64,000 nucleotides of DNA from Ascidiella aspersa (taxonomy: Eukaryota). Every line of letters begins with the position of its first letter. The first letter of the stretch is position 1. A program made the translations under genes and the position numbers. The notes below the pieces were generated by a model. It was not told the DNA's origin. It saw nothing but the letters and a program-made list of their open reading frames with translations, and did not search any database. The stretch spans positions 20,584,001 through 20,648,000 of the forward strand of contig OZ004611.1 of assembly GCA_963924565.1 (NCBI GenBank). Direction: 5' to 3'. Shown here in pieces: positions 23,585 to 37,276 of this stretch.

Positions 23585-24824
23585 GTTTTTGAAAGCAGCA
23601 AAGTACCCCTTATTTTGCTTTAAAGTTTTCGAAGCACATTCTTTTCATTAAAACGAAACTGCACGACGTTATTCATCACACACATTGTGTTTCTTGCCAT
23701 TGTTTATCACCTAAATGTATCTGGTATAGGTGGCGCTTGTGAGGGCTACTCAAGACAGTTCGCCACAAAGTTCTGTCTAAGAAATTTGCTCAATTTCTTT
23801 ATTTAGAATCTGCATACCCATCCCACGCTCTGGTTGGCTGGCAGGCACGCCACCTCTGCAAATTTGCAGTTATATATAGTGTTCTCGGGCGTCACTTGCG
23901 CTTGTTGGCCACATTACGCAGTTCGCGTGCTCATCGCACCCCAGTTGCCAAAATATTTACGTTATTTTAAGTCGTCGTCACGCAACGCTGCGCATAACCG
24001 CGCGAGAGAAAGCAGCAGCTTACTAAAAAATTCGAACCAGCATAAATAAACAATTGGAATAGAAACAACCGCCATCCAAGTCTGTATAATGTAAGTGCCT
24101 TGTTATAAAAACAAATACGGAATTTCGCAAGCCACTAAAGTGTATTTTTTTTTCTTTGTTTATATCGCGATAATTCTCTTTTATAAGAAAGTGTCTTTCT
24201 ATCATAAATATTTCTTTTGAATTGGAAGCCATTAGCCATACCCTTTGTGGATTTTTAAAGTTCACGAAACTAAATTACATAAATTACACGTTTTAACTGG
24301 AACTTTCAAATATAAAGTTAGGGTTGGCCGTCAAATACTATATTACTAGGAATATATTGTTAGGGTTTGTTTTTACTGCAACATAGCTGCAGTTGATTTC
24401 CTATGCATTTGCAGCAACACATGAGAGACACATTTTGAATGTACCGTCGTATACTTAGATAATGATTTTCATTGTTCCTAAAAATACCTCACGTTGCTAA
24501 CGTATCGATTTTTCGAGACTGCATTTTAATATTATAATCCAAAGTTGCGTCATGTTACGCAACGCGAAAAAGCGTTACACGCGATTTTATGCGCCATTTC
24601 GACGCATACGACGCCAGGAAATTCCACGAATTTGCCAATCAATCTAATTACGTTGGTTGCGTAGGAATCTTTTTTATTCTCAGATGGCCTCTTATGCAAC
24701 ACATCGACGCCATCTTTTTTTTCGTGATGCACCTTTTCCGACATATTAATGACTTTGTATAACCTTGTTTAAAAAAACTGAAAGTGGTCCATTGTTGTTT
24801 ATCTTTCTTTCATTGTTTGCCTGG

Positions 24825-24857
24825 TATATACATATATATATACATATATATATATAT
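24825..24857. repeat. (TA)n / TACA microsatellite
   Basis: Read directly. Confidence 0.85.
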
Positions 24858-25086
24858 GTTTTCGCCTTTAGTGGCAATTATACTGCCCTGAAGAAGGTTG
24901 CCCTATGCCTAAATACGTGGTCGAAATGCACAATTTTTTTCGGAAGAAAAATTGTACAATTGAAACAATGCCCTGCAGCAACAGCATATTCATTATAAAA
25001 AAAAAAACAGTAGGTAATTGTCTGGTTAAGTGATTATTAAAAAAAAACAGAATGAATAAAAAAATGGATTTTGTTACAGTTTTAAC

Positions 25087-25569
25087 CAGGGCTGGGGAGC
25101 CACCGTAAAATAGCATTAGCTCCGGCTCCAGCTCCGGAGCCATCAGGCAATTATTAAATGGCTCCGGCTCCAGCTCCGGAGTAGTAAAACTCATATCCTT
25201 TAGCTCCGGAGCCATCAAACACACACCCAATGACTCCGGCTCCAGCTCCGGTGCCACCAGTCACTTATTCAATGGCAAGTTTTAAAAATTGCTTTTGTCT
25301 CACTAACGTTGGAGATGGAACAAAATATAATTTCTTAGCTTTAACACCACAAATTGAAAAATGGCTCCAGCTACACAAAAATAATAAAAAGGGCTCCAGC
25401 TCCGGCTCCAGCTCCGGCTCCAGCTCCACAAAAATAATAAAAATGGCTCCGGCTCCGGCTCCAGCTCCACAAAAATAATAACAATGGCTCCGGCTCCGGC
25501 TCCGGCTCCAGAGAAAATGCTTAGCTCCGGGCTCCGGGCTCCAGCTCCGGCTCCGGCTCCCCAGCCCTG
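25087..25569. mobile_element. hAT-type MITE carrying a GCTCCR hexamer satellite
   Basis: TIR CAGGGCTGGGGAGC / GCTCCCCAGCCCTG; perfect 8-bp TSD GTTTTAAC; many GCTCCG/GCTCCA repeats inside. Confidence 0.92.
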
Positions 25570-27363
25570 GTTTTAACATGCGCAAATATTGGCCTAATCT
25601 GTAATCTGATAACTTTTGACAGTTGCATAGGCCTACCCTACCTTTGATCCGGTATACACTTGGGTATACAACATACCAGGTTACAGAGCACTGCTCTACA
25701 AAACGGAGAAAAACCGTCGGAAAATTACGTTGTTGTTCGCTTTAAATCTAGTGGGATGGTGACAAGGTGTGCATATTATGCATAATATGTATTATAGTCG
25801 CGGGCCTAATTGCATTTTAGGTGCTTGACTAGAAACGTAACGCAGCGCTTTACTGACAAAAGTTTGAAATCACTTGTCCTCAGTCCACTAAAAAAGCCCC
25901 AGAATTTGCTAGATAACAGATGACGGCGCTTTTTAGTCATTAACTCTGAATTTCCACTGCCCTTACGTTGCGTACGAAAGCCGTGGATTGACGTATATGC
26001 CGATGAGCCGTGTTAGTCATGTAACTGATCGCATATTAAGTCATTAAGATTTTTTATAAAACAGCTGTTGTTTTAAATAGCAATATTGAGGAAGTTGGAG
26101 CTGGAACTTCTGTTGGAATTTTTTTATTTTCAGCCAAACAGCAAGTAGAGGCCAAATACGCGCATTTGTATTGAAATTGCGTCTTCTAAAATGGCGCTGG
26201 CGATGAGTGATTCTTCAAGTTTATGACGCGTAGGCGAAACGACAAGAACGCGGCATTATAATTTGATTACCTTGCAATTAACGTCAAGGCGTTTAATAGC
26301 AAATTGCTTTGACTGCGACGTTGCTGATAACTAAAGAAGGCACATGCCTGGTTATGAGATATATAATTGCAAAACGCAAAGTGACAGTGGCGCCAAAGAT
26401 TTAAACCGAAATATCCTGACTAAGCACATATTAGGGCATCTAGGCCCGAACTAGAATGAAATATTTCAACATTCACATTTTGGTCAAATCAATCCCAAAA
26501 CCAGTTTGTTATATTCTCTTAATTTCGGTTTAACAATATTTGCCTTTAAACCAACCGCCGATGTTTGTGTTTAGGTAAACTACACGCCGCGAGAGATTAA
26601 TTAAAGTGCCTGAAAGCACTATCACAGCCAATTTTCTTAGCCACACTTTTAAGGTTGAAGGTGTACCGAAACCAGGAAAATTTTCCGTCGCAAACTCTCA
26701 TTCAATCGCAGCAGTGAATCTGGGCGAGAATGAGTGGCACAGATTACGTCGATCTGTCAACAACTCTCGTAGGCCCGCTAACCCGCGCCCTGCAACGCTA
26801 TCGCCTATCGGGACTATCGGCGCAGGCCAGCACGAGACGACTATGCCTTTCGGATGTCCGATTCGCTAAGTTGCCTCAACACTGGCTAATCGCGTCGGCA
26901 TCTCCCAGCGGTTTAGATCTCAAGCAGCCTGCGTCAGGCCCCGGGCTTCTGCAGCGCGTTTGAGTCATCAAGTTGGCTTACGTGGCGCTTTTTCTTCACT
27001 CTGTTGTTCGCATTTGGCATGTTCGCAATATAGATATAGTTTAATAACTGCATTTATACGGAAAATTGTGTCGGCGCCTCGTATTATTAGAAATTATAAA
27101 CCTGAGCCTGCCAAAGTTGAGACGACCGCGGTAACAGACCCTAAACCAGTTATTGGGACTTGGTTTAACAGATAGGTTCTTTTTTCAGCCTATTTTCGCG
27201 GTGATACTCTCAAACTCGCCACGAGTGTAAACCATAAACAATACAAAAGGCTGATTAAAGGTTGTCAATATTTCCCTTAAACCTAAACCCTTGTGCATCT
27301 GGCAATACGTTCGGTCCGAACCAACCGTTTGTTTTCTTACTTTTTCGCGCTTTGCCTATACTG

Positions 27364-27969
27364 CAGGGATGGCGAACCTTTTCATCGCGCGGCTCACAAA
27401 CACAACCTTAATTCTTACAAAATGCACAGGTGGGTCATATATTTAATTATTTGCTAATTTTATGCGAAACTTTGCTGCTGCGTCGTTTTAAGTGTTATTG
27501 TCTGGGTTTGTAATTCAAGGTTTTTGAGCGATTTCCAAATTCGAATCCCCACAAATATTAAGAAGCTAAATAGTTAACAAATGCTGCAGCACTTTTTATG
27601 GGATTACAGCAGTTCAGCAAAAAGCTTTTTAGCATGGTTTATTGGTCTAACCAGGGTTTTTAGAACTTTTAGTATTCGAACTCCTAATTTCCTTAATAGG
27701 ATCGCCACCTTTACGTTTCACAGCGATAAACAAAATGCTTTTAGTTGTCTGCTTTTCTGCGCACATTTGTTGAAGTGCAGTTAATGTAGGCCTACTCGTC
27801 ACCCTAAAACACTTTTGCACGACCCACAGATTGAGTGCTGCTATCTAACCAAGAACTGTTTTTTTACATTGATCCTTTCATGAAAAAGATTGACAACATT
27901 TTGGAATTTCTAGAGAGACAAGTGGGTCATTAAAAATCTTTGGTGCGGGACAGTGGTTCGCCATCCCTG
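27364..27969. mobile_element. hAT-type MITE
   Basis: Perfect 15-bp TIR CAGGGATGGCGAACC / GGTTCGCCATCCCTG; TSD not recognisable. Confidence 0.75.
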
Positions 27970-30038
27970 GCAAGGTCTTCCTACTGATTTCAGAATCTAT
28001 AGGCCTAGACCTAGACAAAGGGCTGCTCAAACAAAACATAGGCTACACACAAAATTCGAAATTGAGCTACCAGCTTTTGTTCTTCAGGGGAAGTATTTCC
28101 AGCTATATTTATCAACACTTTGTCGACTTCAATTGAACCAAAACAAGCGCGTGATTTTATCTGGCTTAATTTCGAGGAACAATAAATTTTTGGCTCGTTA
28201 AAATTATTGAATTAGACTGAGGTCATCCTATCAAAATGTTAACCAACAACTCGTAAAATTGTGACAAATGTTTCGTAACATTTTGGCAAAATTTGTTAGT
28301 AAGATCAAAATTCTTGGAAATGTTTAGAATTATTTGAGCTTACACATAAAATGGCTTGAATTTTGCTCATAAAAGTAAAAAAGCATTTTGGACTTCAGTT
28401 GGCGTGTAAATGAATTGAACCACGGCTGTCAAGCAAACGACCGTGTCGCGTTGCACAGGGATTACGCCAGATTGTGTAACACCACAACACCAGTACCGGA
28501 TTTTCTGACAAGCTTTTTTATGATAATGTGACAAAGGTATTTAGGGAAAACAACGTGAAGACCTGCGGAAAGGTTGACTGTTTGATCATTGTACGTCCCT
28601 TAAGGACGATCCAAATATTCAAAGCAATTTTGTAATGGCAAGTGAGTCATACCATTATGAGTTCAAGTTGCTTTATTCCGAACAACACTGTCAGCAATTG
28701 GCAAACATAATATATATGACGAAGCTTGGGTCGTGCGCTTTCTTTTCAAATCATAGGTGATAAAGTATTACTAAACTTGTAAACAAGCAATTTTATAATA
28801 ACAAGCAGATATTGGGTAAATCTAAGCACGTATCAAAGATTCTCCAAAAAAATCGAAATTATTTAATGAAAACAAACCCAAGTCAAGTCGTTTGTCCGAA
28901 AGACTAAGAACTCAAGTCAAGTAATTTAAAAACAGTTAAATGTGTAATTTTATAATATTTGATTCATGTCACTAAAACACTGATAAGTATACATATTTTG
29001 TTCACAATTGTCATTTTTCAAAATTTTTATTTTGTTACTCTACGATGCAGTTGCCAAAATCCGTGTAAAAATATGTTTTACTTGGTTAAAACAATGTTTT
29101 GCAAGTGTTATGCAAGACTACATATTGGCATACAATGCAGATTGGTAGTTTTGCTTTTGCAGAAAGCCTAACGAAAAAAATGCATTTTAAAAACATTTAT
29201 TGCTAAATAAACACAAGATTCGAAAGACGTAATTAATTAAGATCGTGCTTTACCTATTTTTAGAATACTAACAGCCTTCTCAACTACCCGTGTGGTGCTC
29301 AATAATTTTCACTTACATAATCAATTTCAAATATTTTGTGTAGCCAACCCTTGAAATACGATGCCTTAACAATAACAGTACGTTTTCTGGTAAGATTGTA
29401 TGATTAGCAAAAAGTCAAAGGGCTTTGACTTCGATTTTCCAGTTCTAGAGCGATCGCGCTATTCAGTCAAATCGTTCGCAGCATGCAGTGCTGCCTTGTC
29501 TCTTTGCCTTTTTTGTGAATGAAAAGGCCACTATGGGCGGCGAATCGGTGATGCTGCCACTGCTGTTGCTGCTGTCTCGTGCCGCGCAAACGCGAAAAAC
29601 GCTCGCCAGCTCAAAACCAACATTCAGCGTGATTAAAAAGAGAACGGTCGGAGGGCGCGGCGAGTAAACACCATTAGGACGAAACAACGGGAGGACAATA
29701 GAGAGAAACGAGGAGAAGGCGAGAGCGAACATGGCGGAGCGCCCAGTGTGCACTACTCATTCACAAAAAAGTGTCGAAAGGCCCGTTCGTTGGTTCGTTC
29801 GCTCTAGGCGCAGCGGGCCGCGATGCGAGCTTTCGCGACATGTTCGCGTCAAGCGAGCTGGCGAGACGACACAGAAAAAAGTGTGCAGACTCTATGTGTA
29901 GTGTGTGTAGTCGCGCGTGCATTTGGGGCTGGAAATCAGATTTATATCGCAAGAATAACATGCCACTCCAAGGCCAAAGATCAGATAGCGATGCATCAGG
30001 CCAAGAAAGCGCAACTGCAAATGCGACTCGATGTACAG

Positions 30039-30076
30039 TATAAAAGCGGGTGCCAAGGTGTGCTACAAGCCAGTGC
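30039..30076 (+). promoter_or_regulatory. Candidate TATA (TATAAAAG) plus initiator (CCAGTG) core promoter
   Basis: Consensus TATA at 30039-30046 and Inr-like A at 30072 (33 nt spacing), inside a CpG-rich island about 7 kb upstream of the ETS start codon. Confidence 0.45.
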
Positions 30077-32921
30077 AGCTAGCTGTAAATGTACAGCTGC
30101 CCTGACAACAGGACTACACAAAACGACGACAGCACGCAATTGTTGTAAGCACACCTTGCCCGGTCTATTCTGTGCTGTTTGCTGCTCAGAAAATCAGCGC
30201 CGTTTGACTACTACCAGCAGCCTTTGTCGTTTTGCAGCTGATGGGTCGCCGCCTTCGCTGTCAAACAAGGCCTGACCTTGTGTGTGCGCTAATTTAGCAC
30301 CGGAACCGATTTGTCTGTGAGCAGGGCAATATACCGACTATTTAAAAACACGGTTTCGGGGAAGCGGGCAAGACAACGTGTCCAGCTGGCTACTGTTTTT
30401 GGCAGCGCTTCGGCCTGAGCGGAATACATCCACTGCGTCGTGACCAGAAGTGATATGAGACTCGACAGAGCTCTCTTTTGGAAGCGAGGTAATGCCATGT
30501 GCGGCGAAATCAGTTTTTTCAGCAATTTTAAGTTGTGTAGCTGCCGCTTAAAAGGGCAGGTGAGCGCCGTAATATTACAGGATTGTTTTGCTCGGTGCGT
30601 GGCCGTATTCTCTCGAAAGCCCTCACGCACAATTTTGACTTTAAATACGGCGATATTTGTTTAAGAATGGAAACTGTTTAGGTTCCAGGTGTTTTCATAT
30701 ATATTGTGTAGGTCTTATCATTATTGTACTTCCGAAACGCACAGAAAATGTGTTAACCTATTTGAGTATTGTGAAAAGTCATTGCGCGCCCGCGTTGCAA
30801 CGTGCTAAACGACTTGTTAATAACAATTGGGCTACTAGGTCCAGGACTAGGTGTACCAATTAAATACATGTGCAAGACTGACAAAGCCAACGCTTTGCTC
30901 TTAGATACTGAATGAAGTTAATGGCTTTTCTAGTAAGACCGTTTATCAATTTGCCGCAGTAGATTATTTTTAATCTTGGCGGTGCGCGAATAGTTGTACC
31001 GACTACGAAATATATAATATACGTGCAAATGATTACAACGGCCATTTTTATATTAAAGCCATTTTTGAAATTTGTATTCAAGCAACATTTTTTTTGACTT
31101 TTGTTATTTTAATTCAAAATCTAGATAAAAAAAATACTGCTTCCATTACACTTGTGTTACCTTAAATCAAACCGTTACGAAAAGTGACCAAAACTGATTT
31201 TTCTTGCCTGTGCTAAATTCGACTTCAAACGACATCCCTCCAATAAAAAAGTAAAAATCGCAAAGCGAAAGAGTCGTCAGCGTGTAGAACCAGTGAGACT
31301 GGCTTAGGTGCGCAAATCGCCAACGAGGGCAAACACACACTGGCGCGTTTTTTCGTGATTGCGATAACAGCGAGGCTAATGTGACTCGAACCCCGCTGTC
31401 CCTTGATTCTAACGACGGACCTTGGTCTGTTTAGCAGGTCGGAGAGCCAATAGTAGCATTGCGGTTTTCGGTATGGACAGCTGGCCGCAATCTCACTCGC
31501 TGAATACCGAGATTATACTGGTTTATTTACTGACCCGTGTTATCTTTGGGTCGCGTTTCCAAACGACCAAAGGTCGCGATATGTTTAATTGAAAGCATTT
31601 AGGCAATTGTGACGCATTTATAATTTACATTATCTCAGTGCCGGCGTTTTGTCTAACATTCCCGATTTCATACAAATCAAAGATTTTGCAGAACATCTAT
31701 ATAAATTCAAGTCCAATGCTAAATAGCCGATCTACTTTTAAAAATATTTTTAATTTTTTTCCCACTGTCCCCTGATACTGATGCCCCGACCTTCTCAGTA
31801 CGACCTAGTTCGTGGTCTTAGCGATGTTCGCTTAAGAGTGAGGCAGTTGTTTGTGCAGCAGAAACGATGGCTTTTCGGATTGTCGAGTGTTCCTTAACGA
31901 TTCGCTTTCCCCCAGGTTTGTTTGGACAGAGCGATTTACCTTTCTCGAGAAAGTTGTGTTTTCGTGTTGCGTGTCGATTTTTCGCCTGTAATGGGTGCGA
32001 GTTTAGCAGGATTCAAGGTTTATTTATTTAATTTTTTTTTGTGTTGTTGTGTTACCGAGATTTTAACAAAATTTGTCTATTTTATTTTGTTAGAATGCAT
32101 CATACTATACCAATGGCATTGCCACTTTAAAAATACATAAAAGCTGCCATTCATTGTCTTCCGACTTTAAAGATAAATTAAAACACAAAGTTTTACTTAC
32201 GCTAAAACAATTGTCACGACAGGAATAAAATCCAGCCAAGAAATATTGGTAAATGTAGAGGTAAAATGGGTATAACCTCTCTTAAAAAATACTAGCAGAA
32301 ATTGTTTCTCAATATGGGACGTGTCAGTAACATCAAACGGTTACGCCGCCAACCTTTTTTCAGTTTTTATTGTGAAAGCAGAATTGTGGGCGTGCGAAAT
32401 GCAAATTTGCACCGCGAAAGAAAAACTCGCACTCTTAATTTCTCAGAAACGGTCCTCATGTGTAAAAACAACCTTGAGGTTAAAAACAATGAACGTAAGG
32501 TGGTCTTGTACACGGCTATATTGAAACCTCCGTAGTGTTTGCTGTTTGTTCGTAGTACTTCGTATTCGGTTGAAACTCCGATTTCAGGCGCTTTTCGTCC
32601 AAAAGCGATAAATCTCATTTTTATCATCTCGGCTCGACTTTCGGGCTGGCTCCGACTCTGGCTGGCGGCGTTCGGCGAGAATAAAGGTCCCCGCGTATTG
32701 ATCTAACCTGAAACGCAGGCGCCCGACTTGGTTCTATAAGCGAAAATCGATATCCAGCTGATAAACAATCCGCGGGGTCAGGGCTCAGCGCGCGAGTGCA
32801 AACCATCCGCAGGCCGCAGAAGATGGTTGTCCACGGTCATTCTCTTAACGTACAGACACTTGCGCCAAACGCGCATTCCGTTGTTTTTAGGACTTTATGT
32901 TTGAACGCAGCCTTAGTTAGT

Positions 32922-33372
32922 TTTTAACAAATTTTCATTTTGCTTCGTTTATTTTAACAAATTATTATTTCGCTTCGTTTATTTCAACGAGTTTTCACCG
33001 ATTTCGCGTCTGATATGAATTTACGCGCGTAAACGTAGACACCAGAATTGCATTTATCCTTTGTTTTTCGTTATGTCGTTTTTGTGGTAATTAAAGTGCG
33101 GTATTTTACATGCGTTAAAAAACTTTGATTTACGCGCATAAACATCAAAAAATAACGCAGCGAAATTGCATCGTTCATTTCTTTTTTGTTTATTTATCTG
33201 TCGATTTTCTGGTTATATAAAGTGCGGTATTTACATGCGTTTAAAAACAACTTTAAATTACGCTCGTAAAACGCAAACAAAATAACGCACCAGAATTGCA
33301 TCTTTCATTTCATTTTGTTAATTATATGTCGATTTTCTGGTTTTTAAGTGCGGTATTTTACATGCGTTTAAA
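32922..33372. repeat. Tandem repeats: about 2.3 x 30 bp, then 3 x about 126 bp
   Basis: AAGTGCGGTATTT(T)ACATGCGTT recurs at about 33094, 33220 and 33346; AATTGCAT recurs with the same period. Confidence 0.8.
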
Positions 33373-36300
33373 CATCTTTAACTATGACGTGCATTCACAC
33401 AATTTTAAACGCAAGCGACGCTTGTTAGTGAATTTTAATAAACTTGCGGTTCCGTTGGAAGCTATTTGCCGCATGCAGCGGCAAGCGCTGAGCGTTAATC
33501 GCTCCGAATGGTAATAATCGCTAAGTGCGTCACCGCAATCAAGGGCCTCTGATGGTTCTGCGTAAAAGTGGACTATTCTACGCGGGTACGCCGTTATTTT
33601 GGGGCCCTTTACAGCCGCAACGTGCGCGCACCCGTCGTGAACCCAACGCTTCGACCGCGCCTTTCATGCAAAGCGGCTTGGGTTAGCGTTTTTAGGGCGT
33701 CATGACCGGATTTGAAACGCGATTTGATGAGTTATTTTTGAAGCGCCATTCGGGAATCTATCTTTCTATAAAGCGCGCGCAACCATGCGAATCGGTAATG
33801 AAGTCACCCCACCCAACCCCTCCCCCATGACCGCAGTAAATTTAGCGCCGCGCGTCTCAAGCGCAAGGCAATAAGGCATCTTCCTTGTTGTTTCGGGGCG
33901 ATTTGCATTTTTGCTTTGGTGCGCGGCGCAACGCGCAAGTTTATTAGGCATTTTGTTTAATTTCGCCACATTGCGCATTTGCGTTATTATATTGCGTCCC
34001 ACTTTACTGTATTCAAATTGACGCCGACGCACCGACTTATTTTTACAGCCGTCTATTTTGATCGGCATTTCGTAAGCGGTAATCCGGCTTCCGCAAATTG
34101 GAGTTATTACAATCTAGCCTTTCGCTATCGTACAGCAATAGGTGTACCTCCAAAACAGCGGTTGTGTTCAAGACGTTCCAAATTTTAAAGGTATCTCTAT
34201 CGAAAGTCGTGCAAACCAAATAAATAAAGAAAAATATCCCAACTCGCAAGTATAAATAAAATATCTTTGGGGCGGCAGATTTTTCTGCTCGTTCGTATTA
34301 CACTTTCAGGTCCGACGAGCCCGTGAGGTATAGTTTGAACTCGATAGCCCCGGGGCTATTTCTTTCAGGGACGCGACCTTCGTGACCCCGCTTCAAAAAT
34401 GCCCGAATCATGCTTCCGATTGTTGCCCGCTCGCATGCAAATTGCGTCTGACTTTTCATTTCGGAAAGGACTCGCTGTTTCTATTTCGGTCGGGCCTCGC
34501 GAGCTAGATTTGCGTCTAGGCGCACGACCGCGATTACTCTAGCCTCCCCAGGAACGCGCCCTACAAGGTCTAATTGACAGCGTTTCCGTTCCCATCTTCG
34601 TTTTGCCTCCTTGTCTGATCGCGGGCCGTGATTTCGCTCCTTTGCTTGCATTTTGTCCGCATTCATTCCGCATTGAAGTCGTGCCTGTGTGCCGCACGCT
34701 TGTCCACAACGGCAGAACCACTGAACGCGGTCGGAACTGTATAACAAGTCTCATATGTTTTTTGCTAATTTTCGAAGTAAAGTGCCAACAGATTCTTTCA
34801 GGTGCTCGGCGTCGGTCAAAAGTGTTTTAGAATTGTACCGCATTTCAGAAACAGCCCTTGACAACGTGGCGCTACTCCTGCGCCGTATTATCGCAAGTCA
34901 GCCTTGGCCAGGCGCCTTTTCTAGTTTCTGCTAAATCCAGTTTCCAGTCGGTTCGCTCAGGTGTTCTCACCCGTTAATGTTTCGGACGCTGGCTTCGGTC
35001 AACGAGAAAAGCCGCAAGCAACGCGCTTTGTCGTTGTTGTGTAAATGTCAACCTTTAAACAAAGCGCGCGCCGAGCGGTGGTGTTGGCTTAAGGGGACAG
35101 CGATTTTTGAGAGGGTTTAAATGGGCGACGTTTGCAAGAGGAGAGAGCGCTGTTAAACAGTGTGCCGCGAAAGCCCGGCCCAATTGTTTGCGCCAGTTAA
35201 CACGGCTCGGTTAATGTTTGACAAGGCGATGCATCGTCTTGACGAAAGCAAAGCAAACAGCGTCAAGCAATCCAATGGATGGGGGAGGGGGAGCGGGCGT
35301 TCTGAAACGTTTTTTCGCCAACAATGTAATTTACGCACAAAGTTTCCGTGTTGATTTTGTCGCAGTACGACGGGCCGTCTCTTTACTGCTGTTTGTCCCG
35401 CTGCGACCGCGATAATGTGTGCAAGTACTTTGCGCGTTGGAAGAGACGCGTTCGACGTTTACTCGCATCGACATGAGTCTTGTCAGGTGCTGGCCGTAAA
35501 ATTTAGGAAACGGCTTTTACGATCCGTTGCAGAGCACACACTGTTTTTTTTACGGTGGTAACTTACGACCTTTAAGGCGCACAAAAGCGCCCGTTGGCCC
35601 ACGGTATAGGCTAAAGAGACAGAGAAGGCTTGTTATACTCTGGAATGATTTGCAAAACGCGCGCGATAACGTGTTTAAAACTGTTTATTCAGATATTAGT
35701 GGTTTGACTTGCTGCGAGTTATATAATTTACATTAGACACCGCTTCTGGTATTTGCAATGCGACAAATTTCTCTACTAAATTGCCTAACCTTAAATGGAA
35801 AAGTATCGTCGTTCTAGCTTCTATAGGTGGCAAATATTAAAATGTGTTAGGGATGTTTTGTTGTAAAATATGCATACTTTACTGGGGCTTAACAGTAACT
35901 CCAATTTATCTCGATACGAAGTTCTATTCACCGACCTGAGCATAGTGAAGATGCATTTTGGATTAAAGATGTCTAGTTCTCCAAGCTGACGTTTGGCGAT
36001 GGCAGATTTTATCAATAAGCTCACCGTAGACCCCGTTTTAGGCAATACAGTCCTGTTTTAAGGACCTTTTCCCGGATTTCTGACAAAAATGTCCCGCTTT
36101 GGCGGTCAGCCAGCATTATCCATCAATACACAAATATTACAATTTCTGGTTACTTTTTTACGCAAATTTGACGAAGACCGATACGTGTTTTTGTTTCATT
36201 GCGTCAAATGTGAAAAAAATGCCATGCCTCCACAACCAGTAGTCAGTTTTATTTCATCACAGATTTAAGAAGCGCAGCCAAAAAATCGGGTGCTTTTCGT

Positions 36301-37231
36301 TGGCAAGAGAAGGACAGCGGGCGTAATTGAGCAGTCAACACTAAGCTTCAGTTGCCAGAATTTGGGCGATGCCTCATGCAAGCGCACCACTACTACTACT
36401 CGTAAACGCTTTAAGCTCGGCAGATAAGCCCAGCGCAAGGCTGAGCGAGAGCTGATAAAGCGCTCGGAAATTATCAATTAGTCTCTGGCGGTGCTGCAGA
36501 GCTCAACGCCCGCAGTCGCACAGCCCCCGGGAGCACTTTTAGCGCCTGGATATTAACCTTAGCGGGCTAAGGCGATTTTGCGCAATACGGCGCATTAAAG
36601 TATAATCGTATATAGTAGGCTCGGCTACCTATCGCTCAACGCTGTCGTTCGACGCGCGAGTTGTTTTTGTTGTATAGTGCTGGAGTTAGGTGAAAGCGTC
36701 GGGATTATCGGGTTTTAAGCAAATCTGAAACTCTGTTTTGTTTACTTTTATTATAGGCTAAAATTAACATAGATTGTGCGAAAAAAATGGAAAAAAAAAC
36801 ATTTGTATTCTCCCTTGCCGACTCTATTTTTCGTTTTTTTTTTTATCTTAATAAAGTATATTTAGTCATGCATTTTTCGAAGTTGCAAATCGCTTTTGTG
36901 GAATGGGCGCCGCGTAAAATTTACTTTTGGCAGATTTAGGGATTGTAAACTCTGATAATGCTGCCAAGACGTTAGTTAACAAGTCTAATATATATCTTGA
37001 AAATTGTGAAACAGTCCAAGCACATAAACGCTTGTGATGAAAATAGTTTACTGCAACTAAACAAAATACCTCAGCCTCTGTTTATTTTCAGCTTTTAAGT
37101 TAGGCCAATAAACAAAAGCGTTAAGTTTGGGCTGAATGCAAAAAAGGTTATTATCAGCAAACAAAACTCACACTGACGTCACCCGTCACCGTCTAGAAAG
37201 TTGTATGACGTCATGAGCAACGGATAATAAA

Positions 37232-37276
37232 ATGTTCGAATACGATCAAGAGTTCACATACTTCAAGCCAGAGCAG
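37232..37276 (+). CDS. ETV1: ETS coding exon 1 ([15 protein letters not shown])
   Basis: Resembles the PEA3-family N-terminus; donor CAG|GTATGT. Confidence 0.72.

Noticed and set aside
24868-25585. ORFs with PAPAP, ELEPE, GAGAG and SRSRS repeats
   Set aside because: They are translations of the GCTCCR satellite inside a MITE with TIR and TSD.
29463-30664. Cluster of 66-150 aa ORFs on both strands
   Set aside because: No recognisable domain or consistent exon chain; explained by high GC in a regulatory island.
15500-37000. Hidden protein-coding gene or known miRNA in the 22-kb gap
   Set aside because: I found no phase-consistent exon chain and recognised no mature miRNA by eye; Infernal/miRBase and RNA-seq searches would be needed to exclude these fully.
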